Below the pieces are notes generated by a model. It was given only the letters and a program-made list of their open reading frames with translations, was not told the origin of the DNA and did not search any database. Positions 1 to 8,133 of a stretch of DNA of 15,331 nt are shown here, one piece after another; within the stretch, counting starts at the first letter, position 1, and every line of letters starts with the position of its first letter. The DNA lies in contig JBFXGD010000076.1 of assembly GCA_050178385.1 (NCBI GenBank), positions 1 through 15,331 of the forward strand, given 5' to 3'. Position numbers and translations under genes: made by a program. Source of the DNA: Calditrichaceae bacterium. Lineage in GTDB: Bacteria > Calditrichota > Calditrichia > Calditrichales > JBFXGD01.

Positions 1-2
1 CA

Positions 3-212
3 AAAACAACCTCTGAAATACCAGAAATAGCGGAACAGTTATCTACGTTACTTAGTGTGGAGATCATCAGAGTAGATGAACGTCTGACAACACAGATGGC
101 GCAACAGACACTTCATGCTGTCGGAAAAAAACCAAGCCGAAACAAAGAAAAAGTAGATCAGATTGCTGCAGTTTTTATTCTGCAGACTTTTTTGGATAAA
201 AATAAATTTTAA
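3..212 (+). CDS. ruvX: YqgF/RuvX family nuclease (Holliday junction resolvase-like, pre-16S rRNA processing), 5'-truncated by the window edge
   Basis: Not in the ORF track. Manual translation from nt 3 gives KTTSEIPEIAEQLSTLLSVEIIRVDERLTTQMAQQTLHAVGKKPSRNKEKVDQIAAVFILQTFLDKNKF with TAA at 210-212. It has the YqgF motifs DERLTT and VDxxAAxxILQxFLD. Confidence 0.92.
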   Translation, partial: KTTSEIPEIAEQLSTLLSVEIIRVDERLTTQMAQQTLHAVGKKPSRNKEKVDQIAAVFILQTFLDKNKF

Positions 213-215
213 TAT

Positions 216-220
216 AGGAG
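216..220 (+). promoter_or_regulatory. Shine-Dalgarno sequence of aroF
   Basis: AGGAG lies 8 nt upstream of the ATG at 229. Confidence 0.7.
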
Positions 221-228
221 TAGGATCC

Positions 229-1266
229 ATGGTTATAATAATGGAGAAGGGGGCTGATGAAAAGCAAATCGAGTACGTAATTGAAAGACTGGATTCGCTT
301 GGGTTTGATATCCACAGGTCCACAGGTGTGGATCACACCCTTCTTGGTGTGATTGGAAATACTTCAAAAATAGATGTCAGGGATATGCAAATATTACCCG
401 GAGTCAGCGACGCATACAGGATATCTGCTCCTTATAAGCTGGTAAGCCGGGAATTTAAACACAGCAATTCGGTGATCGATATAAAGGGAGTGAAAATTGG
501 CGGCGCCGAAGCTGTTATTATGGCGGGGCCATGTTCAGTTGAGTCCATTGAACAAACAATATTGGTTGCCGAACGCGTCTCTGCGGCCGGAGCAAAGATA
601 TTACGCGGTGGTGCGTTCAAGCCGAGAAGTTCTCCATATTCATTCCAGGGGCTGGGAGAACAGGGGCTGAAATATCTGAGGGAAGCTGCGGATAAGTTTA
701 ATATGCTTGTCGTTACTGAAGTGATGGATAAAGATCAGATTCCGCTGGTCAGTGAATATACAGATATTATACAGGTTGGCGCGAGAAACATGCAGAATTT
801 TACATTCATCAAAGCTCTGGGAACGGCAAAAAAACCGGTGTTTTTGAAAAGAGGCATTTCCGCTACAATCGAAGAATGGCTGATGTCAGCCGAGTACATA
901 TTGTCCGGGGGAAATCAAGATGTCATCCTGTGCGAGAGAGGCATTCGCACATTTGAAACTTATACGCGCAACACGCTGGATATCAGCGCGATTCCGGTTG
1001 TGAAAAAATTGAGCCACCTGCCGGTATTTGCTGATCCTTCTCATGGAACAGGATTACGGGACAAGGTTATACCTATGGCTCGCGCGGCGATTGCCGCCGG
1101 CGCCGACGGTCTTATGATAGAAGTACATCCGGAACCGGAAAAAGCATTGTCCGACGGCGCTCAGTCACTATACCCCGATCAGTTTGAAGAGCTGATGGAT
1201 CAGATCAGGATTATCGCGGATGTAATTGGCCGGAAGATTGCGGATAAAGCAGAAAAAGCCCGTTAA
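229..1266 (+). CDS. aroF: 3-deoxy-7-phosphoheptulonate (DAHP) synthase, type I-beta, with N-terminal ferredoxin/ACT-like regulatory domain
   Basis: Motifs [53 protein letters not shown] and GLMIEVHP. Start moved from the TTG at 163 to the ATG at 229 (MVIIME...), which has an SD and does not overlap ruvX. 345 aa. Confidence 0.96.
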   Translation: MVIIMEKGADEKQIEYVIERLDSLGFDIHRSTGVDHTLLGVIGNTSKIDVRDMQILPGVSDAYRISAPYKLVSREFKHSNSVIDIKGVKIGGAEAVIMAGPCSVESIEQTILVAERVSAAGAKILRGGAFKPRSSPYSFQGLGEQGLKYLREAADKFNMLVVTEVMDKDQIPLVSEYTDIIQVGARNMQNFTFIKALGTAKKPVFLKRGISATIEEWLMSAEYILSGGNQDVILCERGIRTFETYTRNTLDISAIPVVKKLSHLPVFADPSHGTGLRDKVIPMARAAIAAGADGLMIEVHPEPEKALSDGAQSLYPDQFEELMDQIRIIADVIGRKIADKAEKAR

Positions 1267-2348
1267 TGATGAAAATAATTGTTTCCGGATTGGGAGTAAT
1301 GGGCGCCTCAATGGCTCTCGCCTTGAAGCAGCGTTTACCGAATCATACAATTATCGGGTATGACCTGCCAGAAATAATGGACATGGCGATTCAGAAAAAC
1401 ATTATCGACCGGAAAATAAATATCTGGCCGGATGAATGCGCTGATGCAGATATCATTATTCTGGCGACACCGCTGCATGTTATTAAGACACAGTTAGGAC
1501 AGCTTGCGGATATTGTGAGCCCTGAAACGGTGGTGACCGATATGGGAAGCACAAAGTCAGAACTGGAGAAATTTGTCCGCGGGCTGAATTTTAAAGGTGT
1601 TTACGTCGGCGGGCATCCAATGACAGGTACCGAGAAAACGGGGCTGACCGCCTCGAATCCCTTACTATATGAAAATGCTGTTTATGTTTTAACAGGCATC
1701 ACCTCCCTGGAAAATCCGGTTCTAAACCATAAATTATTACCTGTGCTTGAAGCGTTAAAAGCGCGTGTACTTATCCTTGATTCAGAGACTCATGATCAGG
1801 TTATGGCCGCGATCAGTCATGTTCCGCAGCTGCTGGCCGTGGCGCTTGTAAATCTTGTAGGTCGTAAAAATGAACAAGGTTCTCCTTATTTTGAACTAGC
1901 CGCGGGAGGTTTTAGAGATTTGACCCGAATTGCTTCAAGTTCCATAAGAATCTGGCAGGATATTGTCACTTCGAACCGTGCTAACATTGAAGCTGTATTG
2001 GAGGAACTTATAGATTTGATAAGATCTGAGAAGGATAATCTTAAAAACCTGGGTGAAGTCTTCAATCGCGCGAATATGTACCGTCATAAAATACCAAATG
2101 TGAACAAAGGTTTTCTATCACCGCTCACAGAAGTGTTTGTATATGTAAATGATGAACTTGGGGTAATTTCAAAAATTTCTAATGCTTTATATGAAAAAAA
2201 TATCGATATTCGTGATATAGAATTATTAAAGGTCCGCGAAAAGGAAGGCGGTGTCTTTCGTCTGTCATTTTCTACTTTCCCGGAAGCCGAAGATGCCGTA
2301 AAAATTATGAAATCCATAAATTACGACGCTTATATCAGGGAGTCCTAG
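1266..2348 (+). CDS. tyrA: Prephenate (cyclohexadienyl) dehydrogenase with C-terminal ACT domain
   Basis: Rossmann motif GLGVMG, TDMGSTK, catalytic GGHPMTG, HD...AISHVPQ and GGFRDLTRIA. The tail is ACT-like (DELGVISKISNALYEKNIDI). Coupled to aroF by a TAATG stop/start overlap. Confidence 0.93.
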   Translation: MMKIIVSGLGVMGASMALALKQRLPNHTIIGYDLPEIMDMAIQKNIIDRKINIWPDECADADIIILATPLHVIKTQLGQLADIVSPETVVTDMGSTKSELEKFVRGLNFKGVYVGGHPMTGTEKTGLTASNPLLYENAVYVLTGITSLENPVLNHKLLPVLEALKARVLILDSETHDQVMAAISHVPQLLAVALVNLVGRKNEQGSPYFELAAGGFRDLTRIASSSIRIWQDIVTSNRANIEAVLEELIDLIRSEKDNLKNLGEVFNRANMYRHKIPNVNKGFLSPLTEVFVYVNDELGVISKISNALYEKNIDIRDIELLKVREKEGGVFRLSFSTFPEAEDAVKIMKSINYDAYIRES

Positions 2349-2349
2349 A

Positions 2350-3363
2350 ATGGAAAAACTAAAAGTGGCAGTCATTGGAGCGGGCAGTATCGCCCAGATT
2401 GTTCATATCCCTTTATTGAAAAAGCTCGAAAATGTGGAATTAGTCGCCATTTGCGATGTAGATCAGGCCAAGGTCAGTTTTCTTACCCAGAAATTTAAAA
2501 TACCACGATGGTATTATCTTATTGATGATATGATCAGCAATGAAAAACTGGACGCGATACATATCTGCACACCGAGTCTTTATCATTACCCCATGGCTTA
2601 CCTGGCGCTGAGCAATGGAGTGAATGTTTTTGTCGAAAAACCGGTCGCTCTTAATCACCGGGACGCGTTAAAGCTTTCAAAACTGGCCGAAGAAAGAAAA
2701 CTGACGCTTATGGTGGGAATGCATAACCGTTTTCGGGATGATGTCAAAATACTAAAAGATTTTTTGAACAATAGTGAACTGGGAGATATTTTTTACATAA
2801 AAACCGGATGGTTGAAAAAATGGACCAGAAACACTCTTCCCGGCTGGCATGTAAAAAAAAGTTTTGCCGGTGGCGGTGTTCTGATCGATATCGGCATTCA
2901 ATTGATTGATTTGGCGATGTTTCTTTTAGATCTTCCCAAAATTAAAAAGGTACGATTATTCGATTACCGGCTGAATACCGAAATCAATGTGGAGGATGCC
3001 GCGCTGGCCGTCATCGAAGCAGAATCAGGTATATCAATAACTATTGAGGTCAGCTGGCGAATGCATCTCGAGAGAGATACTATTTACACGCATATATTTG
3101 GAAAGCAGGGTTCCGCATATTTGAATCCGCTGAGAATTAACAAGGAGCTGCATGGGAACCTTGTTAATGTTACACCGATGTTGGTGGAGCAGAATATTGA
3201 TCAATTTAAAAAAGCTTATGAAAACGAACTGATGCATTTTGTCGATGTAGTTCACGGAGATGCAAAAAACATGTCTTCGGCAGGCGATGCAGCATACGTA
3301 ATGCAAATCCTGGATGCCTTATATGAATCTGCCAAAACAGGCGCGGAGATTAGCCTGGATTAG
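2350..3363 (+). CDS. Gfo/Idh/MocA family NAD(P)-dependent oxidoreductase
   Basis: VAVIGAGSIA, ICTP...H, VFVEKP, and GGGVLIDIGIQLID (the usual His of DxGxH is Gln here). Starts 1 nt after the tyrA stop with GGGAG upstream. Confidence 0.92.
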   Translation: MEKLKVAVIGAGSIAQIVHIPLLKKLENVELVAICDVDQAKVSFLTQKFKIPRWYYLIDDMISNEKLDAIHICTPSLYHYPMAYLALSNGVNVFVEKPVALNHRDALKLSKLAEERKLTLMVGMHNRFRDDVKILKDFLNNSELGDIFYIKTGWLKKWTRNTLPGWHVKKSFAGGGVLIDIGIQLIDLAMFLLDLPKIKKVRLFDYRLNTEINVEDAALAVIEAESGISITIEVSWRMHLERDTIYTHIFGKQGSAYLNPLRINKELHGNLVNVTPMLVEQNIDQFKKAYENELMHFVDVVHGDAKNMSSAGDAAYVMQILDALYESAKTGAEISLD

Positions 3364-4936
3364 TCTTTTTGCGTCATCTTTTAATTTAAAAATTCTGTTA
3401 AGCGGTCTGCTTTTGATTGCCGCATATCCTCCATTCCCAACGGGTTTTCTGGCATGGTTTGCGTTCATACCCTTTTTTTGGGTTTTAGATGATTTAAGCC
3501 CCAAGGAAGGTCTCAGGACAGGTTATCTGATCGGAATCCTGGTAAACGCGGGGACTTTGTATTGGATATCTCTCTATTCTGTATCAGGATTTCTGACCAT
3601 ATTGATTCTGAATCCCCTGCAGTTTGGCCTGTATGGATATTTGTATGTCATTCTTAAAAAGCGTCTGGGTAAATTTTTTCCTTATCTAAATCCTTTTATC
3701 TGGACTGCAATTGATTTTTCCCGTGAATTTACCGATCTGGGATATAACTGGCTGAACATCGCTCATACCCAGACATACTTGTTACCGTTTATTCAATTTA
3801 TTGAATGGACCGGATATTCCGGTCTGACATTAATTGTATTGATATTAAATCAGATTGGTTATTCTGTCATTTTCTCTTCGAATCGCAGAAAAAAATTAAT
3901 ATTACCGGTTTCTGCATTTATTTTGATCATTGCCGGTTCATTGGGTTATGGCTATCATAGGCTCTCTGAAGTCAGGGATTATAAAGGCGTTAGAATAGCT
4001 TACATTCAACCGAATATTGATTCCAAAACAAAATGGAAACCGGAGTTTCTGGATGAAAATGTCAAAATATTGTTTGATTTAACAAGGGAAGCCGCATTAA
4101 GTAAACCTGACTTGATTGTCTGGCCGGAAACCGCGGTCCCGGTTTATTTAGATGACTATCCCAAATTGCTGATAGAACTGGAGGAGCTGGCATCAGGTTT
4201 AGATGTCAAATTGCTTATCGGCGCGATGCACGCGTCAGAGCAGAACGGGACACGAAGACTGTATAATTCAGCATTCTATTTTGATCAATCGATGGATCAA
4301 TCACCGCAGATTTATAATAAGATACATCTTGTGCCCATAACCGAGACAATTCCGTATAAGAAGTATTTCGGATTTCTTAAATATTTTACGGGACAAACTC
4401 AGTTTTATGAGAAAGGTGATATAAAAACCATTTTCAACATGCGGTATCAACCTGAAGAGATAACTCTGAATCACTCTCATTGGCAACTAAAGCAATCTTC
4501 AAACCAACAGGTTATAGACGCACCATTTAGCCCGTTAATCTGTTTCGAAGCAGTATTTCCCGGGCATGTGAGAGAATTTGTTCGAAATGGAGCGGAATTT
4601 TTGGCAATTATCACAAATGACGGATGGTTTGAGGGATCTTCAGGTCCGTATCAGCATTCACAGTATGCGATTTTGAGAGCGGTGGAAAACCGAATCCCGA
4701 TTGTGAGAAGTGCAAATACAGGTATCTCTGTCTTTATCGATCCCTGGGGCAGAGAATCCGCACCGTCAAAATCGGGTGAAGTAAAAATAGGTTACTCAAT
4801 ATTGCCACTTAGACAAAATTTTACATTTTTTACTCAATTTGGTGACTGGGCCGGAAAATTGAGCATCCTGATCACATTAATCAGTTTTATCGTCGCGGGT
4901 ACCGGGGGAAAGATAAGAAAAAAGAAAAAAGATTAA
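3323..4936 (+). CDS. lnt: Apolipoprotein N-acyltransferase
   Basis: Multi-TM N-terminal half and a nitrilase-fold domain with triad motifs WPETA (Glu), YNKIHLVP (Lys) and ICFEAVFP (Cys), plus ITNDGWF, RAVENR, RSANTGIS and a C-terminal TM helix. Start is uncertain (ATG 3314 or 3323); both overlap the upstream gene. Confidence 0.93.
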   Translation: MNLPKQARRLAWISLFASSFNLKILLSGLLLIAAYPPFPTGFLAWFAFIPFFWVLDDLSPKEGLRTGYLIGILVNAGTLYWISLYSVSGFLTILILNPLQFGLYGYLYVILKKRLGKFFPYLNPFIWTAIDFSREFTDLGYNWLNIAHTQTYLLPFIQFIEWTGYSGLTLIVLILNQIGYSVIFSSNRRKKLILPVSAFILIIAGSLGYGYHRLSEVRDYKGVRIAYIQPNIDSKTKWKPEFLDENVKILFDLTREAALSKPDLIVWPETAVPVYLDDYPKLLIELEELASGLDVKLLIGAMHASEQNGTRRLYNSAFYFDQSMDQSPQIYNKIHLVPITETIPYKKYFGFLKYFTGQTQFYEKGDIKTIFNMRYQPEEITLNHSHWQLKQSSNQQVIDAPFSPLICFEAVFPGHVREFVRNGAEFLAIITNDGWFEGSSGPYQHSQYAILRAVENRIPIVRSANTGISVFIDPWGRESAPSKSGEVKIGYSILPLRQNFTFFTQFGDWAGKLSILITLISFIVAGTGGKIRKKKKD

Positions 4937-5042
4937 AGATAAAAGATAAATAGTACTTTTGAGGGCAGATTGAATTTTACTGATTTCCTTAGAAAAATAG
5001 GAAAATTTGACTGAAGATCAGCTTAACTGAAAAGGATTAGAA

Positions 5043-5951
5043 ATGAAAGTTCTTGTAACCGGCGGAGCCGGTTTTATCGGAAGTCATCTGGTAGACAGGC
5101 TGCTGGAGAATGATTTTAAGGTGGTTGTTCTTGATAATCTTCACAGGGGGAAATTGAAGAACATACAGAAGCATATTGATATGGGTAAAATTGAATTTAT
5201 CGATGGCGACATCCGTGATTACGATACTGTCATGGGCGCCGTTCAGAACTGTGATACAATATATCATCTTGCCGCTCAATCAAACGTAATGGGTGCTGTC
5301 AGTGACCTGGATTATTCTTTCTCAACAAATGTAATCGGTACATTTAACATGTTAAAAGCATCACACGAATCTGGCGTTCGAAGATTTATCTTTTCTTCTT
5401 CCAGAGAGGCATACGGAGAGGCTCAGTATTTACCGGTGGACGAGATGCATCCTCTATCGTCAAAAAATACTTACGGAGCGAGTAAAGTAGCCGGGGAAAA
5501 ATATTGTGAAGTATTTCAAAATATGAGTTCCATGGAAGTAGTTATACTGCGGTTTGCCAATGTATACGGCGAGCGGGATATCGACAGGGTCATACCAATA
5601 TTTTTGAGAAATGTCGCCAACGGAAAAGATATTCATATTTACGGTGGAAACCAGATCATAGATTTTATTTCTGTCCACACCGTAATTGACATACTCATAC
5701 AGTCATCGGATAATAAAAAAGCGCTGCAGGGTCCCACAAACGTCGGCAGCGGAAAGAGTACGACGCTCTTCGATCTTGCGAACCGCATAATGGAGCTGTC
5801 GGGCTCAAAACAAAAAGTTATTGTTGATCCGCCCAGATCAATAGAAGTAATTAAATTCACGGCAGATATCGGTAGAATGCAGGATATATTTTATTTCACA
5901 GAGATTAACGACAGTCTTTCCTATCTAAATGAAATGATCATCCGGGAATGA
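5043..5951 (+). CDS. NAD-dependent epimerase/dehydratase (extended SDR, UDP-glucose 4-epimerase-like)
   Basis: VTGGAGFIGSHL, HLAA, FSSS, catalytic YGASK (YxxxK) and LRFANVYG. SD-like AAAGGA lies upstream. Confidence 0.93.
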   Translation: MKVLVTGGAGFIGSHLVDRLLENDFKVVVLDNLHRGKLKNIQKHIDMGKIEFIDGDIRDYDTVMGAVQNCDTIYHLAAQSNVMGAVSDLDYSFSTNVIGTFNMLKASHESGVRRFIFSSSREAYGEAQYLPVDEMHPLSSKNTYGASKVAGEKYCEVFQNMSSMEVVILRFANVYGERDIDRVIPIFLRNVANGKDIHIYGGNQIIDFISVHTVIDILIQSSDNKKALQGPTNVGSGKSTTLFDLANRIMELSGSKQKVIVDPPRSIEVIKFTADIGRMQDIFYFTEINDSLSYLNEMIIRE

Positions 5952-6034
5952 CTGTAGAATGCTTTAATCATTTTTGTATTATGGGCGGACCGGTGGCACA
6001 TTTAGAGAATAAGCATGGTTTGCAGTTAAAAAAA

Positions 6035-6086
6035 GTTTGATTTTAATCACAATGAATCTTATTATAATCAGTTAATATATTCACAA
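6035..6086. promoter_or_regulatory. Two imperfect palindromic operator-like boxes (Crp/Fnr/Rex-like)
   Basis: GTTTGATTTTAATCACAA (6035-6052) and CAGTTAATATATTCACAA (6069-6086), both ending in TCACAA. Confidence 0.35.
6037..6065 (+). promoter_or_regulatory. Putative sigma70-type promoter for the debranching-enzyme-like gene
   Basis: TTGATT (6037-6042), 17-nt spacer, TATTAT (6060-6065). An overlapping perfect TATAAT lies at 6063-6068. Confidence 0.5.
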
Positions 6087-6144
6087 AGCAAGTTCCTCAA
6101 AAATTTAATATAACTGACTGCCATAAATGGATTTAGGATGGGTT

Positions 6145-8127
6145 ATGAGTTATTATCTGGGAAGGGAAGCGCTGAATAATTTAAAAAATGCTTCAGGATA
6201 TGAGTGGCTGGAACGCAATAAAATTGGGCTTTATTCTTCATCAACAAGTATCGGGATGAATACGAGGAGAGAGCATGGATTGCTTGTTGTTCCCGATAAG
6301 AATTCCGAAAAAAAAATTGTTGTGCTATCAAAATTTGAAGAATCGGTTTTTATTGAAAACCGGGTTCATGAAATTTCTACGAATCAGTTTATAGGAAGTA
6401 TCCATCCGGCCGGATATAATTATCTGGAAAAATTTACAAAAAATCCGTTTCCATCTTTTGATTACAGGATTGAAGACCGGCTCCTGAGAAAGACCATGTT
6501 TCTTATGTCAGATCAGCCTATTCTGGTTGTGAGATATGAGCTGCGAAATCAGGGAAAACCCGTTGTGCTGGTTCTCAAACCGTTTATTGCAGACAGATAC
6601 AATACCGATTTGTCAACTGAAGTCCAGGGTTTGAACACAGACAGTTATCAGGGACACAGGTTTGTGAGGTGGGCTCCGAAAGCATCCATGCCTGAACTCT
6701 ACGTGTATTATACTGCAGGTGAATTTATATCCGCTTCTTTGTGGTATCATAATTTTTATTATCCGAATGACAGCGGTAAACATAATCTGAACAGTGAGGA
6801 TCTTTTTAATCCGGGATTTTTCCAGATAACACTGAAACCTTATGATACAGTAGATTTGTTTATTTCAACCCGTGAATTACAGACAGGATCAAATCTATGC
6901 TTCGAAGATATTTACCGGAGCGAGTATTCTGATCAAAAGAAAAGATACAACAGGCAGGTCATTAAAAATACTGATGTGAAAGGTCTTAACACAAACCTTG
7001 AGAGCGCCATAAACAAAATCAATGGACTGCCGACCATTAGTATTTCGACCATTGAAAATATTCATAATCTCCGTGACATGATGATTTCTGTGCCCGGATT
7101 GTTTTTTATAAATAAAAACCTGGATTTTTTCAGGGAGTATTATTTGTCCCTGCTTCCAAAAATTCAAAACGGACTTCTTCCATTGGTGGGAAAAAACTCT
7201 GATGAAAAGGTTTATCACGGCTGCGCGGATTTGAGTCTGCTGTATATAATTTTTGGACATCACTATTTAACAAAAACAGGTGATACAGATTTTTTGAAAG
7301 ATGATGTTTTAAGCGCCTATGTTTCTATAATTGAGAGCTACAGAAAAGGGACATTATTTAATATTTATTGCGACAAGGATGAACTGGTATTTGCAGGAGA
7401 TAAAAATAGCTCCGTAAGCTGGATTCCCCTTTATGATAAAGGCGGCCAGGTGTTAAGATACGGAAAAATGCTGGAAATAAATGCATTGTGGTACAACGCA
7501 TTACGTGCGATGGAATCCATAAGCAAAAAAATTAATAAAAAACGCTGGGCTCACAAGTACGGTGGATTAGCGGACAAAGTGAAAAAAAGTTTTAACAAAA
7601 GTTTTGTCGATTCCGAGTCCAACCAGTTTATTGATTTTATAAATAGAGAAACCGTAAACCGTGATTTCAGAATCAACCAAATCCTACCGCTTTTACTCCC
7701 ATTTGATCTTGTTGATGAAAAATTTGCACAGAGTATACTTTTAAGAATAGGCAGTGAGCTTTTAACACCTTACGGCTTAAGATCATTATCAAAAAATGAC
7801 GATACTTTTATTTTAAAAAGCCCTTTTGAATATCTGGATCGTTCCATGCCGGATTATTATAACGGAACAATCTGGCCATGGACAGCCGGTATTTACGTTG
7901 AAGCAGTGATGAAAGTGTCCGGGAATTCAAAAGATCTGGCGGCAAAACTTGAAAAATATTTCAAGCCTATTCTTGAACTTGGTGATAGTGGGCTGCTCGG
8001 ATATATTCCCGAAGCAGTTAACACAAACGGGTATATCAAACAGCAGGGGATTGCTGATTACACACCGGGGCTGGCGGGTGTTGTCTGGGCATATTACAGG
8101 CTGGAAAAAGTGCTTGGTGCTTCATAA
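6145..8127 (+). CDS. Amylo-alpha-1,6-glucosidase / glycogen debranching enzyme family protein (GDE_N + GDE_C), catalytic motifs degenerate
   Basis: N-terminal EWLERNKIGLYSSST...NTRREHGLL and EDLFNPGFF; C-terminal GKMLEINALWYNAL, RINQ, LLTPYGLRSLS, YYNGTIWPW and GYIPE. ATG 6145 (MSYY, with AGGA upstream) is preferred to ATG 6127. Confidence 0.88.
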   Translation: MSYYLGREALNNLKNASGYEWLERNKIGLYSSSTSIGMNTRREHGLLVVPDKNSEKKIVVLSKFEESVFIENRVHEISTNQFIGSIHPAGYNYLEKFTKNPFPSFDYRIEDRLLRKTMFLMSDQPILVVRYELRNQGKPVVLVLKPFIADRYNTDLSTEVQGLNTDSYQGHRFVRWAPKASMPELYVYYTAGEFISASLWYHNFYYPNDSGKHNLNSEDLFNPGFFQITLKPYDTVDLFISTRELQTGSNLCFEDIYRSEYSDQKKRYNRQVIKNTDVKGLNTNLESAINKINGLPTISISTIENIHNLRDMMISVPGLFFINKNLDFFREYYLSLLPKIQNGLLPLVGKNSDEKVYHGCADLSLLYIIFGHHYLTKTGDTDFLKDDVLSAYVSIIESYRKGTLFNIYCDKDELVFAGDKNSSVSWIPLYDKGGQVLRYGKMLEINALWYNALRAMESISKKINKKRWAHKYGGLADKVKKSFNKSFVDSESNQFIDFINRETVNRDFRINQILPLLLPFDLVDEKFAQSILLRIGSELLTPYGLRSLSKNDDTFILKSPFEYLDRSMPDYYNGTIWPWTAGIYVEAVMKVSGNSKDLAAKLEKYFKPILELGDSGLLGYIPEAVNTNGYIKQQGIADYTPGLAGVVWAYYRLEKVLGAS

Positions 8128-8133
8128 TGGAAT

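Noticed and set aside
163..228. TTG-initiated N-terminal extension of aroF in the ORF track
   Set aside because: It overlaps the ruvX 3' end and has no SD. The ATG at 229 has AGGAG and matches the family N-terminus.
48..323. 91-aa minus-strand ORF
   Set aside because: Antisense to ruvX and aroF, with no recognisable motif.
4909..4953. Purine-rich run of AAGAT/AAAGA units around the lnt stop codon
   Set aside because: Low-complexity Lys-rich C-terminus plus AT-rich spacer. The units are irregular and have no spacers, so this is neither a tandem array nor CRISPR.
5994..6009. TGGCAC, a possible sigma54 -24 element
   Set aside because: No TTGC -12 element at the required spacing (the sequence reads TGGCACATTTAGAGA).
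6895..7263. 122-aa minus-strand ORF, and the other 60-110 aa track ORFs nested in or antisense to the called genes (e.g. 11781-12110, 13812-14138, 8451-8645, 7949-8179, 9724-9912)
   Set aside because: All overlap well-supported CDSs and lack motifs or convincing SD sequences.
8128..8133. Expected bidirectional terminator between the convergent GDE-like and VanZ-like genes
   Set aside because: Only 6 nt separate the stop codons and I saw no convincing hairpin with a U-tract.
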